A DNA stretch of 64,000 bases from Octopus bimaculoides (GCF_001194135.2 NC_068985.1:59021578-59085577), one strand, 5' to 3'; positions 25,763 through 38,985 are shown, numbered from the stretch's first letter. Numbers and translations are program-made. The notes: a model not told the origin generated them from the sequence alone.

Positions 25763-26479
25763 AAGGAGATAAATTTATGGTGATGTGGTTTATGTGTGAG
25801 AATACAGTTGAAGTTAGAGGAACTTGAGTAGGTGAAAAGTATGTAAAACATTCCAGTCATAGGCTGAAATAGATATAACTACTATTAGGTGCGGCATTTG
25901 TCGGCGTGTTTCTTAAACGAGAAAATTAATGTCATTTGGCATTCGTTAACCCGGGTGTAGACTTTTCCAGATTGTGTTGCTGATATAGGGATTTCTTCGC
26001 CCATCACATTGAATCCGGTGCACGCCGGCATACGTCTGTGTATTAGCAAACACTTTTTCTCGGTTTGGGAAACATGTTCGTTCAGGATTCCACGTAAGAA
26101 GAATCCAGAGTCGATCAGATGCTCGACCTCTCTAGAATTATTACCAAAACTGCATTGGAAGATGTTGAGTGGCAGTTAGAACAGAATGGAGAGTCCTTCT
26201 ATAATGGAGCAAAATCGAGACGATTTGAGATAAGACCGCTTTAATAGCAATCTTAACTGGCTTTTGCTAAAATTAGGTGACTCAAAGCAAGCCTTCCTTG
26301 ATCCATCAGGAAGCATCAAGGAAGATTATTCTCTTTGAATCAGACGTCACCAAACACTTAAATTCTGTTTCAGCGTTATTTTCTCTCTCCTTCCTTCCTT
26401 CCTTCCCTCCTTCCTTCCTTCCTTCTGTCCTTCCTATTCCTTGACCGTATGTTGATGTCGCTGCAACCAAATTATAGCA

Positions 26480-27050
26480 ATTCTCTCGGTCTTCTGCTCA
26501 CTGTAAGTCGGTGAAATTACTCCAGGCGACAACTGACACGGTATGGGTTCTGGTCTGATTGTCATCACCATGAATGTATCATGAGCAAGTTAGCTTTGTA
26601 ATGCGCATTCCTCTCTAATCTGCTAACCACAAGCGTATGCCTTAAACAGACCTTGGCGCCGAACACCAGGCCGTTGACCTATGCATGTCACTTCGCCTTA
26701 ATCGGCTTCTCCTTGTGAAGACTTACCGGAGATTTGGCCTATGTATGCACCCCCTCACTTCGAGCATTCAAGTATGAGATTAGAAGTTGAATGAGGAACA
26801 GTGATACCTAACCATTTGACTATTCCTGACAATATGCGGCAGCCTGAAACCAAAGGTACAGTCCCTATTCAGACCTACCAACACTCCATTTTATCTGTAA
26901 CCAAGAGAAATTTGTTGTCTTTAGCATACACTTCCAGTTGTTAAACGTCTTTGCAGGTAGCCTTAAAATCTTTCGATTGCAAATTGCAATGACATTTCTT
27001 ACTTCAGCTAATAATCCGCCACTGTTCAACATTCTTGCCAGCCATACATA
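26480..27050 (-). mobile_element. Possible very old RTE-like LINE 3' remnant
   Basis: Only weak resemblance to RTE C-termini in broken frames (IAICNRKILRL, VKWLG, QRPGVRRQGLFK). Confidence 0.25.
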
Positions 27051-27081
27051 ATGTAGCATTAATTATTATCAATGGTTCATT

Positions 27082-27775
27082 GTCGAGGGTGGGCTGAAAA
27101 TTTCATGGGCTGACTACGAAGGAATGATTCGTTAAAACTGTGAATTCTTGTAGGCATTAATTTTAACAATTTTTATTAAAATCATTCTTTCCTTCCTGGT
27201 AAACTGATATCTGACTGTTAAAAGAAGATTTCAAAATTAACTTGTTGCCACGTCACTTGAAAATCGACAAAATTTGGCAATGTTCCAGTTCACTATTCAT
27301 TTCTCTACAAATGTGCCATAATCACTAAACCATACTGTACCAAGCTGAAAAGCAATCATACAACCAACACCTTGTGTTTATCCTTGCCTTATACGAGAGT
27401 TGTTTGAAAGGTCCAGAGTCTGACCAAAATACCTTCATAGTCAGTGGCCTGTCATGCATCTGCAAATGTTGAACACAGTCAGTGGTGACACAGTCAGTGG
27501 TGACACAGTCGGTGGTGACACAGTCGGTGGTGACACTTGCACGACGTCCATTAGAGGATTACGCTCCTGTTCATCAACAGTGCAAAAGTGGGCTGCTGAA
27601 TTTAGGAAACTCTTGAAGATGACCCAACATCTGGACGTCGTGCAAGTGTCACCACCGACTGTGTCACCACTGACTGTGTCACCACTGACTGTGTTCAACA
27701 TTTGCAGATGCATGACAGGCCACTGACTATGAAGGTATTTTGGTCAGACTCTGGACCTTTCAAACAACTCTCGTA
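27082..27775 (+). mobile_element. Internally deleted mariner element with part of its ORF replaced by an inverted duplication
   Basis: 5' TIR CGAGGGTGGGCTGAAAATTTCATGGGCTGAC at 27084. Relic start (I/M)DKIW at 27263. HTH STVQKWAAEFR and LEDDPTSGRRASVTT at about 27575-27655. Imperfect 3' TIR GTCAGACTCTGGACCTTTCAAACAACTCTCG+TA ending at 27775. Confidence 0.8.
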
Positions 27776-27886
27776 TAAGGCAAAGATAAACACAAGGTGT
27801 TGGTTGTATGATTGCTTTTCAGCTTGGTACAGTATGGTTTAGTGATTATGCCAAATTTGTAGAGAAATGAATAGTGAACTGGAACA
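27281..27886. repeat. Long inverted repeat: arms 27281-27550 and 27632-27886, 81-bp spacer, internal 15-bp tandem units
   Basis: The mirror ORFs 27454-27726 (+) and 27441-27713 (-) reflect it. About 3 substitutions between arms; the unit CACAGTC(A/G)GTGGTGA occurs 4 times on the left and 3 times on the right. Confidence 0.95.
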
Positions 27887-28844
27887 ATAAAATTACCTCT
27901 TCATCAAAATATTTCTTTAAGCTGAAATTTGTCACAAATTTTCCTTCCAATTTTTAATGCAATTGCTGTTATCTACAATTGACAAGTATATTCTGATGTG
28001 TTACTAGACTTTTGTATGTATTTTTATTTGATTTCGAAATTTTATAGTTTATACTTTCACTGTGCAGAGACAGTAGAAAGTGCATCAACGCCAAAATTAG
28101 ACACTAGATAAAATCTGAAGCATGTAGGGAACAATGTAAGAAAATAAAAGGAAGGTTTACTTCTATAGACTACCAACTAGAATATTTAGTTGAGGTTGTG
28201 ACAGGTTTCTCTTTGTTTGTATTAGCATTCAAGAGATTGTCGGTATATTTCATCACAATGATATGAGAATAATTAAACTGGACATGAAAAGATAGGAACG
28301 TTTGTCGAATAACAAAGGAGAGAAAGCGTGACGGTGGATATTAGAATAACTGTTTCTAAGTACAAAGAGATAATAAATAGGTGACGTTAACCAGATAATC
28401 GGAACACAGAAGGAAAATTATGAAGAAAGTGGCCTAGAATTATGGTAGATATAGATTTAATATAGACGGCAAGGTAAGGAAGAGACAACATATAGTACTA
28501 TTGCAAAGAAAATTATCACAAGGTAGACATTAAGAAATGTCTTTGTCTCTATCTCATTGTCAATCTTTCTGTATAAACACACACACATACACACACACAT
28601 AGACATATATATGTAAACCTTCCATTGGTTCATTGAAAACCATGAATATAATAAGATTCACTTTTGTTAGCAACCTTTTCCTTCACACTCGCCATGGTCT
28701 CAAGAGTAGATGACTCCAATGCTTACCTACATATCACTCTTGCAATTAATCTCTTTCTATCTTTCTGCCTTTTTCTCTCTCTTTCTCTCTAAACATACAC
28801 ATACACACACACGCACACACACAATCACACATATATATGAACAT

Positions 28845-28888
<44 letters not shown>

Positions 28889-29313
28889 GTGTGCTGGGGG
28901 TATGTAAATATGAAGCAACAAAGATACTCGAATTTTGCTGAAACCAAATAATAGTGTCGACCTTCTGCATGATAGATGCAAGGTGGAATTTTAAATGAAA
29001 GACTGCCTGCTGAGATCCATTGATTCGACATGATCGCCTCTCAGGAACCCCTGACTATGGATAAATATCAGATATTTTTAATAACACAAAATAAATACTA
29101 GATACTGGGCAATGAAAACGTCTCAGTCCCGCATTAAATGCTTTCAGTAACTACTTAAGTTTTATTCCTTTTTCTGTTCACTCCTATCATTTAAACGGGT
29201 TCCCTTACTCCCCTGGGGCATATAAATTTTTTCGCCTCTAATAAACCAGTTAGAGATGCAATCACTTTCATTCATATACTAAAAGTAGAACAATTTTTAA
29301 AAAAACATAATAA

Positions 29314-29380
<67 letters not shown>

Positions 29381-30342
29381 NNNNNNNNNNNNNNNNNNNN
29401 NNNNNNNNNNNNNNNNNNNNNNNNNNNNNNNNNNNNNNNNNNNNNNNNNNNNNNNNNNNNNNNNNNNNNNNNNNNNNNNNNNNNNNNNNNNNNNNNNNNN
29501 NNNNNNNNNNNNNNNNNNNNNNNNNNNNNNNNNNNNNNNNNNNNNNNNNNNNNNNNNNNNNNNNNNNNNNNNNNNNNNNNNNNNNNNNNNNNNNNNNNNN
29601 NNNNNNNNNNNNNNNNNNNNNNNNNNNNNNNNNNNNNNNNNNNNNNNNNNNNNNNNNNNNNNNNNNNNNNNNNNNNNNNNNNNNNNNNNNNNNNNNNNNN
29701 NNNNNNNNNNNNNNNNNNNNNNNNNNNNNNNNNNNNNNNNNNNNNNNNNNNNNNNNNNNNNNNNNNNNNNNNNNNNNNNNNNNNNNNNNNNNNNNNNNNN
29801 NNNNNNNNNNNNNNNNNNNNNNNNNNNNNNNNNNNNNNNNNNNNNNNNNNNNNNNNNNNNNNNNNNNNNNNNNNNNNNNNNNNNNNNNNNNNNNNNNNNN
29901 NNNNNNNNNNNNNNNNNNNNNNNNNNNNNNNNNNNNNNNNNNNNNNNNNNNNNNNNNNNNNNNNNNNNNNNNNNNNNNNNNNNNNNNNNNNNNNNNNNNN
30001 NNNNNNNNNNNNNNNNNNNNNNNNNNNNNNNNNNNNNNNNNNNNNNNNNNNNNNNNNNNNNNNNNNNNNNNNNNNNNNNNNNNNNNNNNNNNNNNNNNNN
30101 NNNNNNNNNNNNNNNNNNNNNNNNNNNNNNNNNNNNNNNNNNNNNNNNNNNNNNNNNNNNNNNNNNNNNNNNNNNNNNNNNNNNNNNNNNNNNNNNNNNN
30201 NNNNNNNNNNNNNNNNNNNNNNNNNNNNNNNNNNNNNNNNNNNNNNNNNNNNNNNNNNNNNNNNNNNNNNNNNNNNNNNNNNNNNNNNNNNNNNNNNNNN
30301 NNNNNNNNNNNNNNNNNNNNNNNNNNNNNNNNNNNNNNNNNN

Positions 30343-30404
<62 letters not shown>

Positions 30405-30405
30405 G

Positions 30406-30510
30406 AGTGAGAGAACAGTGCATGCCATCAAAGTGACACTGGTGTAAAATATACGAAGCCCAGTATACCCATCATGACTACCCGTCTGGGAAAGGTACAC
30501 CAAATATTCA
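30406..30510 (-). mobile_element. Truncated copy of the 8117-8671 repeat next to (ATT)n
   Basis: gagtgagagaacagtgcatgccatcaaagtgacactggtgtaaaatatacgaagcccagtatacccatcatgactacc resembles 8117-8200. Confidence 0.75.
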
Positions 30511-30618
30511 AATTTGGTGCAGAAGTACCGGCCGAATGATATTCTTGCAGTATATGCATACAATTAGACCCAGCTGAGCGAAGAAATCCACCCTTGTGCT
30601 ATTCAGACAGGTACATTA

Positions 30619-31705
30619 TCTGTATATATATAAAAGAGAGGATGTTTTTTTGTGTGTGTACGTGAATGTAGTTTATGTACGTCCACAAATTAGCACGTAT
30701 GTCGCTCCAATTTTAGGAGGTGATGTGTCATGACATTATGTGCATTTTCGTCAAATATTTCTCTCAGAGGCACCCGCGTATAGCTGTAAAAGTCGATAAA
30801 CTTTTACCAATTTTGCAGTTCGTTGACATGTCGAAGTCAAATCTGTGCGCACGCGCGTGAAGAAGGGAGAGACATACAGAGAGACAGACAGAGAGAGAGA
30901 GAAAGAAAGGAAGAAATAGTGTTTGTGTTATATACTTTCTCACACAACAATTCAAATATATTTATTTTAAATCATTTATTTGTTTTCAATCGTTCATCTT
31001 TCTCCCCCTCTCACTCTCACACACACGCACATATACTACTTTGGGAGCGAAAGAGTTTTGTTTATATTTCACAACCATAAAACAAAAACGCATGTAACAA
31101 TTTGTCAGTCACCCCTCCCCCAACCTGTTTTTCGGACCACAAAAAGGGTTTTGCAATGTTTCAGATTAACAACCGCACGATTTCTACTAGGGTGTTACGG
31201 TTATGGTTTTAAGGTTAGGGTTAGAGTCTTACGGTTAGGATTAGGGTTAGGGTTAAGGTTAGCGTTAGGATTACGATTAGGGTTGGTGTTAGGGTTACGG
31301 TTTTAGGGTCAGGGTTAGGGTTAGGGTTTAGGATTAGGGTTTAGGGTTACGGTTAGAGTTAACCGAGAAGGGACAGGCCCCTTATTTTTTGGTTAAGGCT
31401 GTTGGTAAGTTTTCCTAACTTACTACAATTCACATCCCCAATGCAAACCTTCAGATCAACCTTTTCCTATGCAGATTTCTAATGCAACTTTAAAAAAAAA
31501 ACAGTCAATGAGTGGAAATAACCAATAAACTGATTCCTTATGGGATTTCCCAATTAAATTGCCAGCAAACCATTTTCAGCCAAACCAATTTCAACGGATT
31601 TCGCTCAAATCTGATGTCCATGTTACCTATTTTGGTTTGAAATAAAGCACTTGATCACTTAATAATCCTAGCTTAATCCCGAGCAGCGCCGGGTTATACT
31701 GCTAG
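30619..31705 (+). mobile_element. Non-autonomous Helitron (about 1.09 kb)
   Basis: 5' A|TCTGTATATATATAAAAG; 3' hairpin CCCG-agcagcgc-CGGG followed by TTATACTG CTAG|T; inserted between A and T with no TSD. Confidence 0.75.
31188..31361 (+). repeat. Degenerate telomere-like (TTAGGG)n tract inside the Helitron
   Basis: About 175 bp of TTAGGG with variants TTACGG, TTAGGA, TTAGAG, TCAGGG and TTAGCG. Confidence 0.9.
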
Positions 31706-31989
31706 TATTAAATATACAGTCCATAATATTTACGAAGGGCAGATTCTGAGACAAGTGAACAAAATATAAATGAGCAACAGTAGGAGTACAGGTATCAATC
31801 CATTACGGCCGTTTCTAACGAGTCCTTTAATTGATTTATGAAAACATTACATCATTGTAAAGAAACCGTTTTCGTCACATGAATTCGTGAACTTCGAAAT
31901 ACAGGACATTCGAAATGATTAACAGCTTAAAATCCACGGAGCAATAAACATTTACAATGATTCTGCTACTCTTTCGGTTGACAGAATAC

Positions 31990-32039
<50 letters not shown>

Positions 32040-32896
32040 NNNNNNNNNNNNNNNNNNNNNNNNNNNNNNNNNNNNNNNNNNNNNNNNNNNNNNNNNNNNN
32101 NNNNNNNNNNNNNNNNNNNNNNNNNNNNNNNNNNNNNNNNNNNNNNNNNNNNNNATATATATATATATATACATATATATATTTCGTTTGGGGATTTGGT
32201 TTGCAAGATTCATTATGTGAGTTCCTGAGTTGAAGCATATTCTGTTGTGTCTGAGGAGAGTCACTCCCTTTTAGTGCCTTCTTATTTAACACAATCACCA
32301 GTAAAATTTGTACTCATTTACGTATTTATTTTTTAAAATTTTCGTTGCGTCTTGCAACCTTTTCAGTTGGTGTTGATTCTGTCCGTTATTCAAGCTGTGT
32401 TCTTTAGGTTGTTTGTGCTCATGTCTGTCCGTCAGATTGTGTGCGCATACACATGTATGTTGTATGCATGTATGCATATTCTTGTGTTTGTGCGTTTGTG
32501 TGTTCGAGTGTGTATGTCTTTAGGTGTGTGTTTGCATGTGTGTGGGTATACCTCTGTCTCCATGTGTGTGCATCTCTGAGTGTGTTTCTGTGTTAGTGTG
32601 CATGGGTTTTTGTGACTATGTATTGTATCTGTATGTATGGATGCGTATCTCTATATGTGAGGACATGTATAACAGTCTTTATTTGCGTATGTGTGTGTGT
32701 GCGTGTCTGTTCATATTACCTATGAGCCCATCTGTCTGTATGTCTATCTGTTTACTTTCATATCCATTTGCCAACATACATGTGCATATATATATATATA
32801 CATACATACCTACATACATACATACATATATATATATNNNNNNNNNNGACAAGAGTAAAATATTAGTTATAGAATAAAAACGTTAGGTTAACTACT

Positions 32897-33809
32897 CAAC
32901 ATATCACACTCTCTCAATGATCATATATAAGAAATACAACAAAATACACCAAACATAGTAATAAAAAGATACAAAAATAACGTAAGAAAAATAAAAATAG
33001 ATAAAAGATTAATAAATATATAAGAAGTAAGATGCAATATATAAAACGTATAATATAAAAATTTACACACAAATATATCATTTCAACCGATAACATACAA
33101 ATAAATTAAGAATAATAAACAGCAGACATGAATAGGTATTTGTTTTTTGACCCATGTTTTTTGTGAACTCTTATAAATGGTGGTTGAAATGGATTTTACC
33201 GATTGATACCTGCTGGGTGCTGTATTTGTCTTTTGACCCGTGTGTTTTGTGAACTTTTGGACATGATGAGCAGAATTGGATTTTACCTACTGCGTGCCTG
33301 TATTCACCTTTGACCCGTGTTTTTTTGTGATCTCTTGTGTAAACTGATACGGACTTACCTATTCATGTCTGCTGTTTTAAATTATAAAATATGCCCGAGG
33401 GAAGTATAGAACTTTATATTTTAGCTCTAAACAACGTTAAATCATTTAAAGTTTTGTCATTGATTTTTAACCGATAGACTATTTTGTTTTACCTCATTTC
33501 TTTATTTTATTTTATATTGATCTATATTATACATTTCAATTTTTAATCGTATTAATTTTAACTTCAACTTGATTTGGAACATTTATCAAATTTATTATTC
33601 TTAATTTATTTGTATGTTATCGGTTGAAATGATATATTTGTGTATACATTTTTATATTATACGTTTTATATATTGCATCTTACTTCTTATATATTTCTTA
33701 TTCTTTTATTTTTATTTTTATTACGTTATTTTTCTATCATTTTATTCCTATGTTTGGTGTATTTTGTTGTATTTCTTATATATGATCATTGAGGGAGTGT
33801 GATATGTTG
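32897..33809. mobile_element. Putative long-TIR (foldback-like) non-autonomous DNA element
   Basis: About 220-bp diverged inverted arms at 32897-33119 and 33591-33809 (mirror ORFs 32914-33096 - and 33614-33802 +). Three degenerate subrepeats of about 80 bp (TTTGACCC[A/G]TG...TTGTGA) lie at about 33146, 33232 and 33309. The right end runs into a gap. Confidence 0.65.
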
Positions 33810-34235
33810 NNNNNNNNNNNNNNNNNNNNNNNNNNNNNNNNNNNNNNNNNNNNNNNNNNNNNNNNNNNNNNNNNNNNNNNNNNNNNNNNNNNNNNNNNNN
33901 NNNNNNNNNNNNNNNNNNNNNNNNNNNNNNNNNNNNNNNNNNNNNNNNNNNNNNNNNNNNNNNNNNNNNNNNNNNNNNNNNNNNNNNNNNNNNNNNNNNN
34001 NNNNNNNNNNNNNNNNNNNNNNNNNNNNNNNNNNNNNNNNNNNNNNNNNNNNNNNNNNNNNNNNNNNNNNNNNNNNNNNNNNNNNNNNNNNNNNNNNNNN
34101 NNNNNNNNNNNNNNNNNNNNNNNNNNNNNNNNTATATGTATGTATATATATATATATAGTAGTATATATAGTATATATAGTATATAGTATATATATAGTA
34201 TATAGTATATATATTGTATATATAGTATATATATG

Positions 34236-35243
34236 AACCCTATTTTTCTGATCATATCCGGAGAATTGCATGCGGTGCATCAAGTTCTGTACATGTTTCT
34301 TAGGGTTTCATAGGCTTGGCATAATGGGGATGCGTTGTTCATTATCCTAAATAAGTATATATATATATATATATATAGTAGGATATATATATATATACAT
34401 ACATACATCTACATAACAGCCCACATACTATTCTACCTGTATATAAATATGAATTGTCGGTATGGGGTTATGATTATCTGCTTGGTATATTTCTTTTTAG
34501 TGGATGTTTCATTTATGAGGACGTACACTTGTATTTGTCTGAGCGTTGGGTCCATTGGGTGCTTGGATAAAATACGGATGTCAAGTTGACCCAGGTTGCC
34601 TCCATGCTGGTCGTTGGCATGTTGGTAGGGTATAGAGGACTGTTTTTCTCGTCATATTGTCTCAAATGGTAATATAATCTTTCGGAAATGCTCCTAGATA
34701 TCTCTCCTATGTATATCATGTTCATGTCTTTACAAGCACTTTCTATGCATCTTATGCTGTAAACTACATTTCTAGTTCTACAGTTAATACCAGGGATAAT
34801 CCTATAAACCATGTAGTTATCATTGGTGCATATAGTATTCTCAAAGTTGTGATTTAATGGACTTCCCTGGCTTTTCAACAATGTTGAGTTTGGTCTCCTT
34901 CAGAGCTTTCCTAAATCTACGGGGTAGTTCTACAGGGGCTGTGGCCTCTACACACATCACGCCCTGATATTTGACGGTTTTATACCACGTGTTCACTCTG
35001 TTTGCTTTGTCTCAAGCTCTTTGTATTCTATTCCAGTCTTTGCTTCTTGATCTAGGGCAGGTACCACATGTTTCATTAAATATAATGTTATTTAACTTCT
35101 TTCCAGAACCCCTGATTAATCGAACCCTATTTTTCTGATCATATCCGGAAAATTGCATGCGGTGCATGAAGTTCTGTACATGTTTCTTAGGGCTTCATAG
35201 GGTCTGCATAATGGGGATGCGTTGTTCATTATCCTAGATAAGT
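34236..35243 (-). mobile_element. Penelope-like element (RT thumb, linker, GIY-YIG) with a 120-bp direct duplication
   Basis: NFMHRMQFSGYDQKNRV, KDWNRIQRA...NTWYK, INCRTRNVVYSIRC...IYIGEISRSISERL. 35123-35243 is repeated at about 34236-34355. Confidence 0.85.
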
Positions 35244-35605
35244 TTGCTATCAGTATGTTAATTTTCATGTTGTGTGACAAATCTGAGTTCTTGTGAACAC
35301 ATACTCACATACATACATACATACATACGCATACTTACTTGCATACATACATACATACATACATACATACATACATACATACATACATACATGTGTATGC
35401 ACACAAACACTGTCCCACATACATGCGCACAAACGAACAAAAAGAACGCAGCTTCAATAACGAACAGAGTCAAAAACTATAGAAAAGTTTGCAAGACACA
35501 ACGAAAAGTTTAGAGAAATAAATAAGTAAATGTGTGGAAATTTTACTGGTGAGTATGTTACATTATAAGGCACTAAATGAGAAGGACTCTTCTGATACAC
35601 AACAG

Positions 35606-35636
<31 letters not shown>

Positions 35637-36141
35637 AAAGAGGAAGATAAATGTATATAGATATCTGNNNNNNNNNNNNNNNNNNNNNNNNNNNNNNNNN
35701 NNNNNNNNNNNNNNNNNNNNNNNNNNNNNNNNNNNNNNNNNNNNNNNNNNNNNNNNNNNNNNNNNNNNNNNNNNNNNNNNNNNNNNNNNNNNNNNNNNNN
35801 NNNNNNNNNNNNNNNNNNNNNNNNNNNNNNNNNNNNNNNNNNNNNNNNNNNNNNNNNNNNNNNNNNNNNNNNNNNNNNNNNNNNNNNNNNNNNNNNNNNN
35901 NNNNNNNNNNNNNNNNNNNNNNNNNNNNNNNNNNNNNNNNNNNNNNNNNNNNNNNNNNNNNNNNNNNNNNNNNNNNNNNNNNNNNNNNNNNNNNNNNNNN
36001 NNNNNNNNNNNNNNNNNNNNNNNNNNNNNNNNNNNNNNNNNNNNNNNNNNNNNNNNNNNNNNNNNNNNNNNNNNNNNNNNNNNNNNNNNNNNNNNNNNNN
36101 NNNNNNNNNNNNNNNNNNNNNNNNNNNNNNNNNNNNNNNNN

Positions 36142-36174
<33 letters not shown>

Positions 36175-36601
36175 ATACGCACAAACAATATATGCATACA
36201 TATATATATACGTACTTTCGTATATATGTATATATACATGCATATATGGGTACAGGACGTCATAAAACGTAAACAACATGAAATACGATGGCAATCTTTT
36301 GTATGCGAACGACGAAAGAAACAAATGGAACAAGACAAGTAACATAAAGAACGAGCCTTCATCAGTTGTCGGCTGTTTATCTACTCCACATTTCGAACAA
36401 TTCACGATAATATTTGCCTTCAAGAAAACACTTATTCCTGCGAAGCAAAATAAAATTTGAGATTTGTGGAGGGTCGAAGTTGGTAACAACCTAGAAACTT
36501 GAGTGCATTAATGTTAATTGAAATTGACCATAGCTCATATATTGTAGTGCAAGTATATGAATCAATGTGTCTATATGTATCTATCTATCTATATATATAT
36601 A

Positions 36602-36638
<37 letters not shown>

Positions 36639-36639
36639 T

Positions 36640-36670
<31 letters not shown>

Positions 36671-36689
36671 GTGTTTGTGTGTGTATGAA

Positions 36690-36735
<46 letters not shown>

Positions 36736-36809
36736 CCTTCTTTATTTAGTGGACACTGTTTACCCTGTATCGGAATACAATTTCTGTTGTGATTTAGAAA
36801 AATTTGATT

Positions 36810-37400
36810 TGACATGATATTCGCTTCATGTCAGATCTCGGCGAAGACCAGGAAACACAACTAGGACTCCTATGTGGCCTTTGTTGATTGAAAAAAGCCT
36901 TCGATACAATAAAATTTTATGACCGCGGTAAGGTTCTATATAAACCTTGTACTTCCAAAAGACGGTCACAATTATATCATTCACAATGATATCACAGTCC
37001 CTATGATGGAAGTTGGTTCAACATCTGATACATACACTGGAAAGAAAGGAAGCAGGTAGCGCTGTGTTACAGTTTCTACCTTATTTGCAGTCTACTTCTC
37101 AGCCATGTTGCATGTCTTATTAAGAGGAATCGATGAAATTATGTATATCCATTATAGGATAGATGGTATTATTTTCAATCTACAACTCCTCAGAGCCAGA
37201 AGCAGTCAGGGAACTTCTAAGATAGTTTCTATTTGTAGACGATTGAATTCTCTTTGCAGGTTATACAAGTATTAGTTGGCTGATGACAAATGTTGCCAAA
37301 TCCATTGGATGTTTAGGTCTTGCATCATACAGCACCTAAACATCCAATACTGGATCCTACTGACATGGTAGACTATACACTAAGCGAAAATGAGCTTGCC
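36810..37400 (+). mobile_element. RTE-clade LINE RT fragment, degenerate
   Basis: DSYVAFVD*KKAFDT and STLFAVYFSAMLHVLLRGIDEIMYIHYRIDGIIFNLQLLRAR resemble RTE/BovB RT. Confidence 0.75.
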
Positions 37401-38669
37401 TTAGAGAATCGGTATTTGTTCATGTATATGTGCGTACACAAACTCACACATATGTTTACAAACATACATACATACACACAAATACATGTATACATACATA
37501 CAATCATGCATACATACATACATAAATACATACATTCATACATACATATACACAAATCTGCAACTAAAACTATTGTTATTATCATTGTTGATGCTGCTGA
37601 GATTTTCTTGAAACTGGTTGTTGATGCCGTAGCTTTGTCAAAACTTTGCTCTTTTCTCCTACTTTGTAAAATTTGAGCATAGAAATATACTAGTACCATA
37701 GTATAAACCATTTCTATAGAACTAATCAATGTACTTTGTTTGCCACCACTGCATAAAAGACTTTATAAATACGTGCGCAGATCTCCTCTACCCTAAGGGC
37801 ATAAACTATTTAATAGAAATATGGACAAATCTTTGTCATTATGGCTGTATAAATCGATTCCTAAACATTTACGTAAATACTTACTAGAATCACTGTAGAT
37901 TCGTTGAAATTATTCGATATCCTGTATCTGAATTTAAAACGAAAGCATGAAAAGGATCTTTATGATTTCAACATCAACATGCAGAACAAATCTTCAGTAG
38001 CTACAATTGGAAAAATTTAACCCGACGGACTAAAAGCTTTTAAAAATGGAAGTGTATTGCTCTGCAACAATAGACAGCATTCACGGCAGACTAGTGACAA
38101 TTTCCCGTTTACAAATTCTGTTCCTCAGAGATAATAAAGGCAGTCAATCAACTGAATCCTTGCAAAAATATATACTACATCGAGTTCACTGATGAGATGT
38201 AATGTTGTTTTAAAGTGATCAGTGAGATTTATTGGAAACGTTGTATGTATTAAGTTGGACAGAAATTTCGAAGCCGTAACAATGCAATTTTTTATTAACA
38301 TTTCTTACTTTTTTTATCATTATTTATTTTTTTTTAAATTATTATTACGTTTGATTCTTTTCCTAATTACTTTTCGACTCGAGAGTTGCTTTCAATAAAA
38401 TACATTGAATAGGTAAAGAGAAAAATAATATTAATAACGCACAAATGTTATTAACTACTTGATGTTGCGACCAATCTGAAAACGACCGAAGTCGCATGAT
38501 ATAGGCAGATTATAGTTAATCTCTTGCTGTAACCTTCCCTCATCAAATGTCTCTCGATAGGAAACTAGTAAAGTTCTTACTGCAGTTTATGACTTTGCAA
38601 CGACAAGTTTCATAATCAATGAAGGCGCACAAAGACATGCTCATGTGCTCATACATACATATATATAAA

Positions 38670-38704
<35 letters not shown>

Positions 38705-38774
38705 TACATACATACATACATATATAGAAGTACTGGTGGAGTGTCCCAATGAAAATCTCAATGAAATATAAACC

Positions 38775-38985
38775 TACCTACCCAGATTACAACTTTAGGT
38801 TTATACCTGCAATTATTGTGGCACTGGAATATTATGTAACACACGCCTAAGTGTCAATCTTGAGAATTTAGGCTTCTCAACACCAGAAAGGAGACAGCTG
38901 ATTCGAAGACTACAGATCTGAGCCATCGCTGTAACCAAAACAAACAATGCGCATTCGCGAAATTATAAACATAAAATGGGGAAAA
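38775..38985 (+). mobile_element. 3' end of another RLE-type non-LTR element
   Basis: YPDYNFRFIPAIIVAL followed by NLENLGFSTPERRQLIRRLQI. Confidence 0.55.

Noticed and set aside
26293-26324. Short hairpin with a 10-bp stem; also 20-21-bp tandem duplications at about 39241-39280 and 61692-61731
   Set aside because: These are small enough to arise by chance or slippage, with no supporting context.
27474-27536. 15-bp direct repeats that superficially resemble a CRISPR array
   Set aside because: There are no spacers and no cas genes, and the context is eukaryotic; this is a minisatellite expansion within a mariner relic.
36345-36400. Minus-strand CGAAA...CTGATGAAGG (also at about 16975-17025) as a type II hammerhead
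   Set aside because: Stems I and III cannot both be formed between the motifs.
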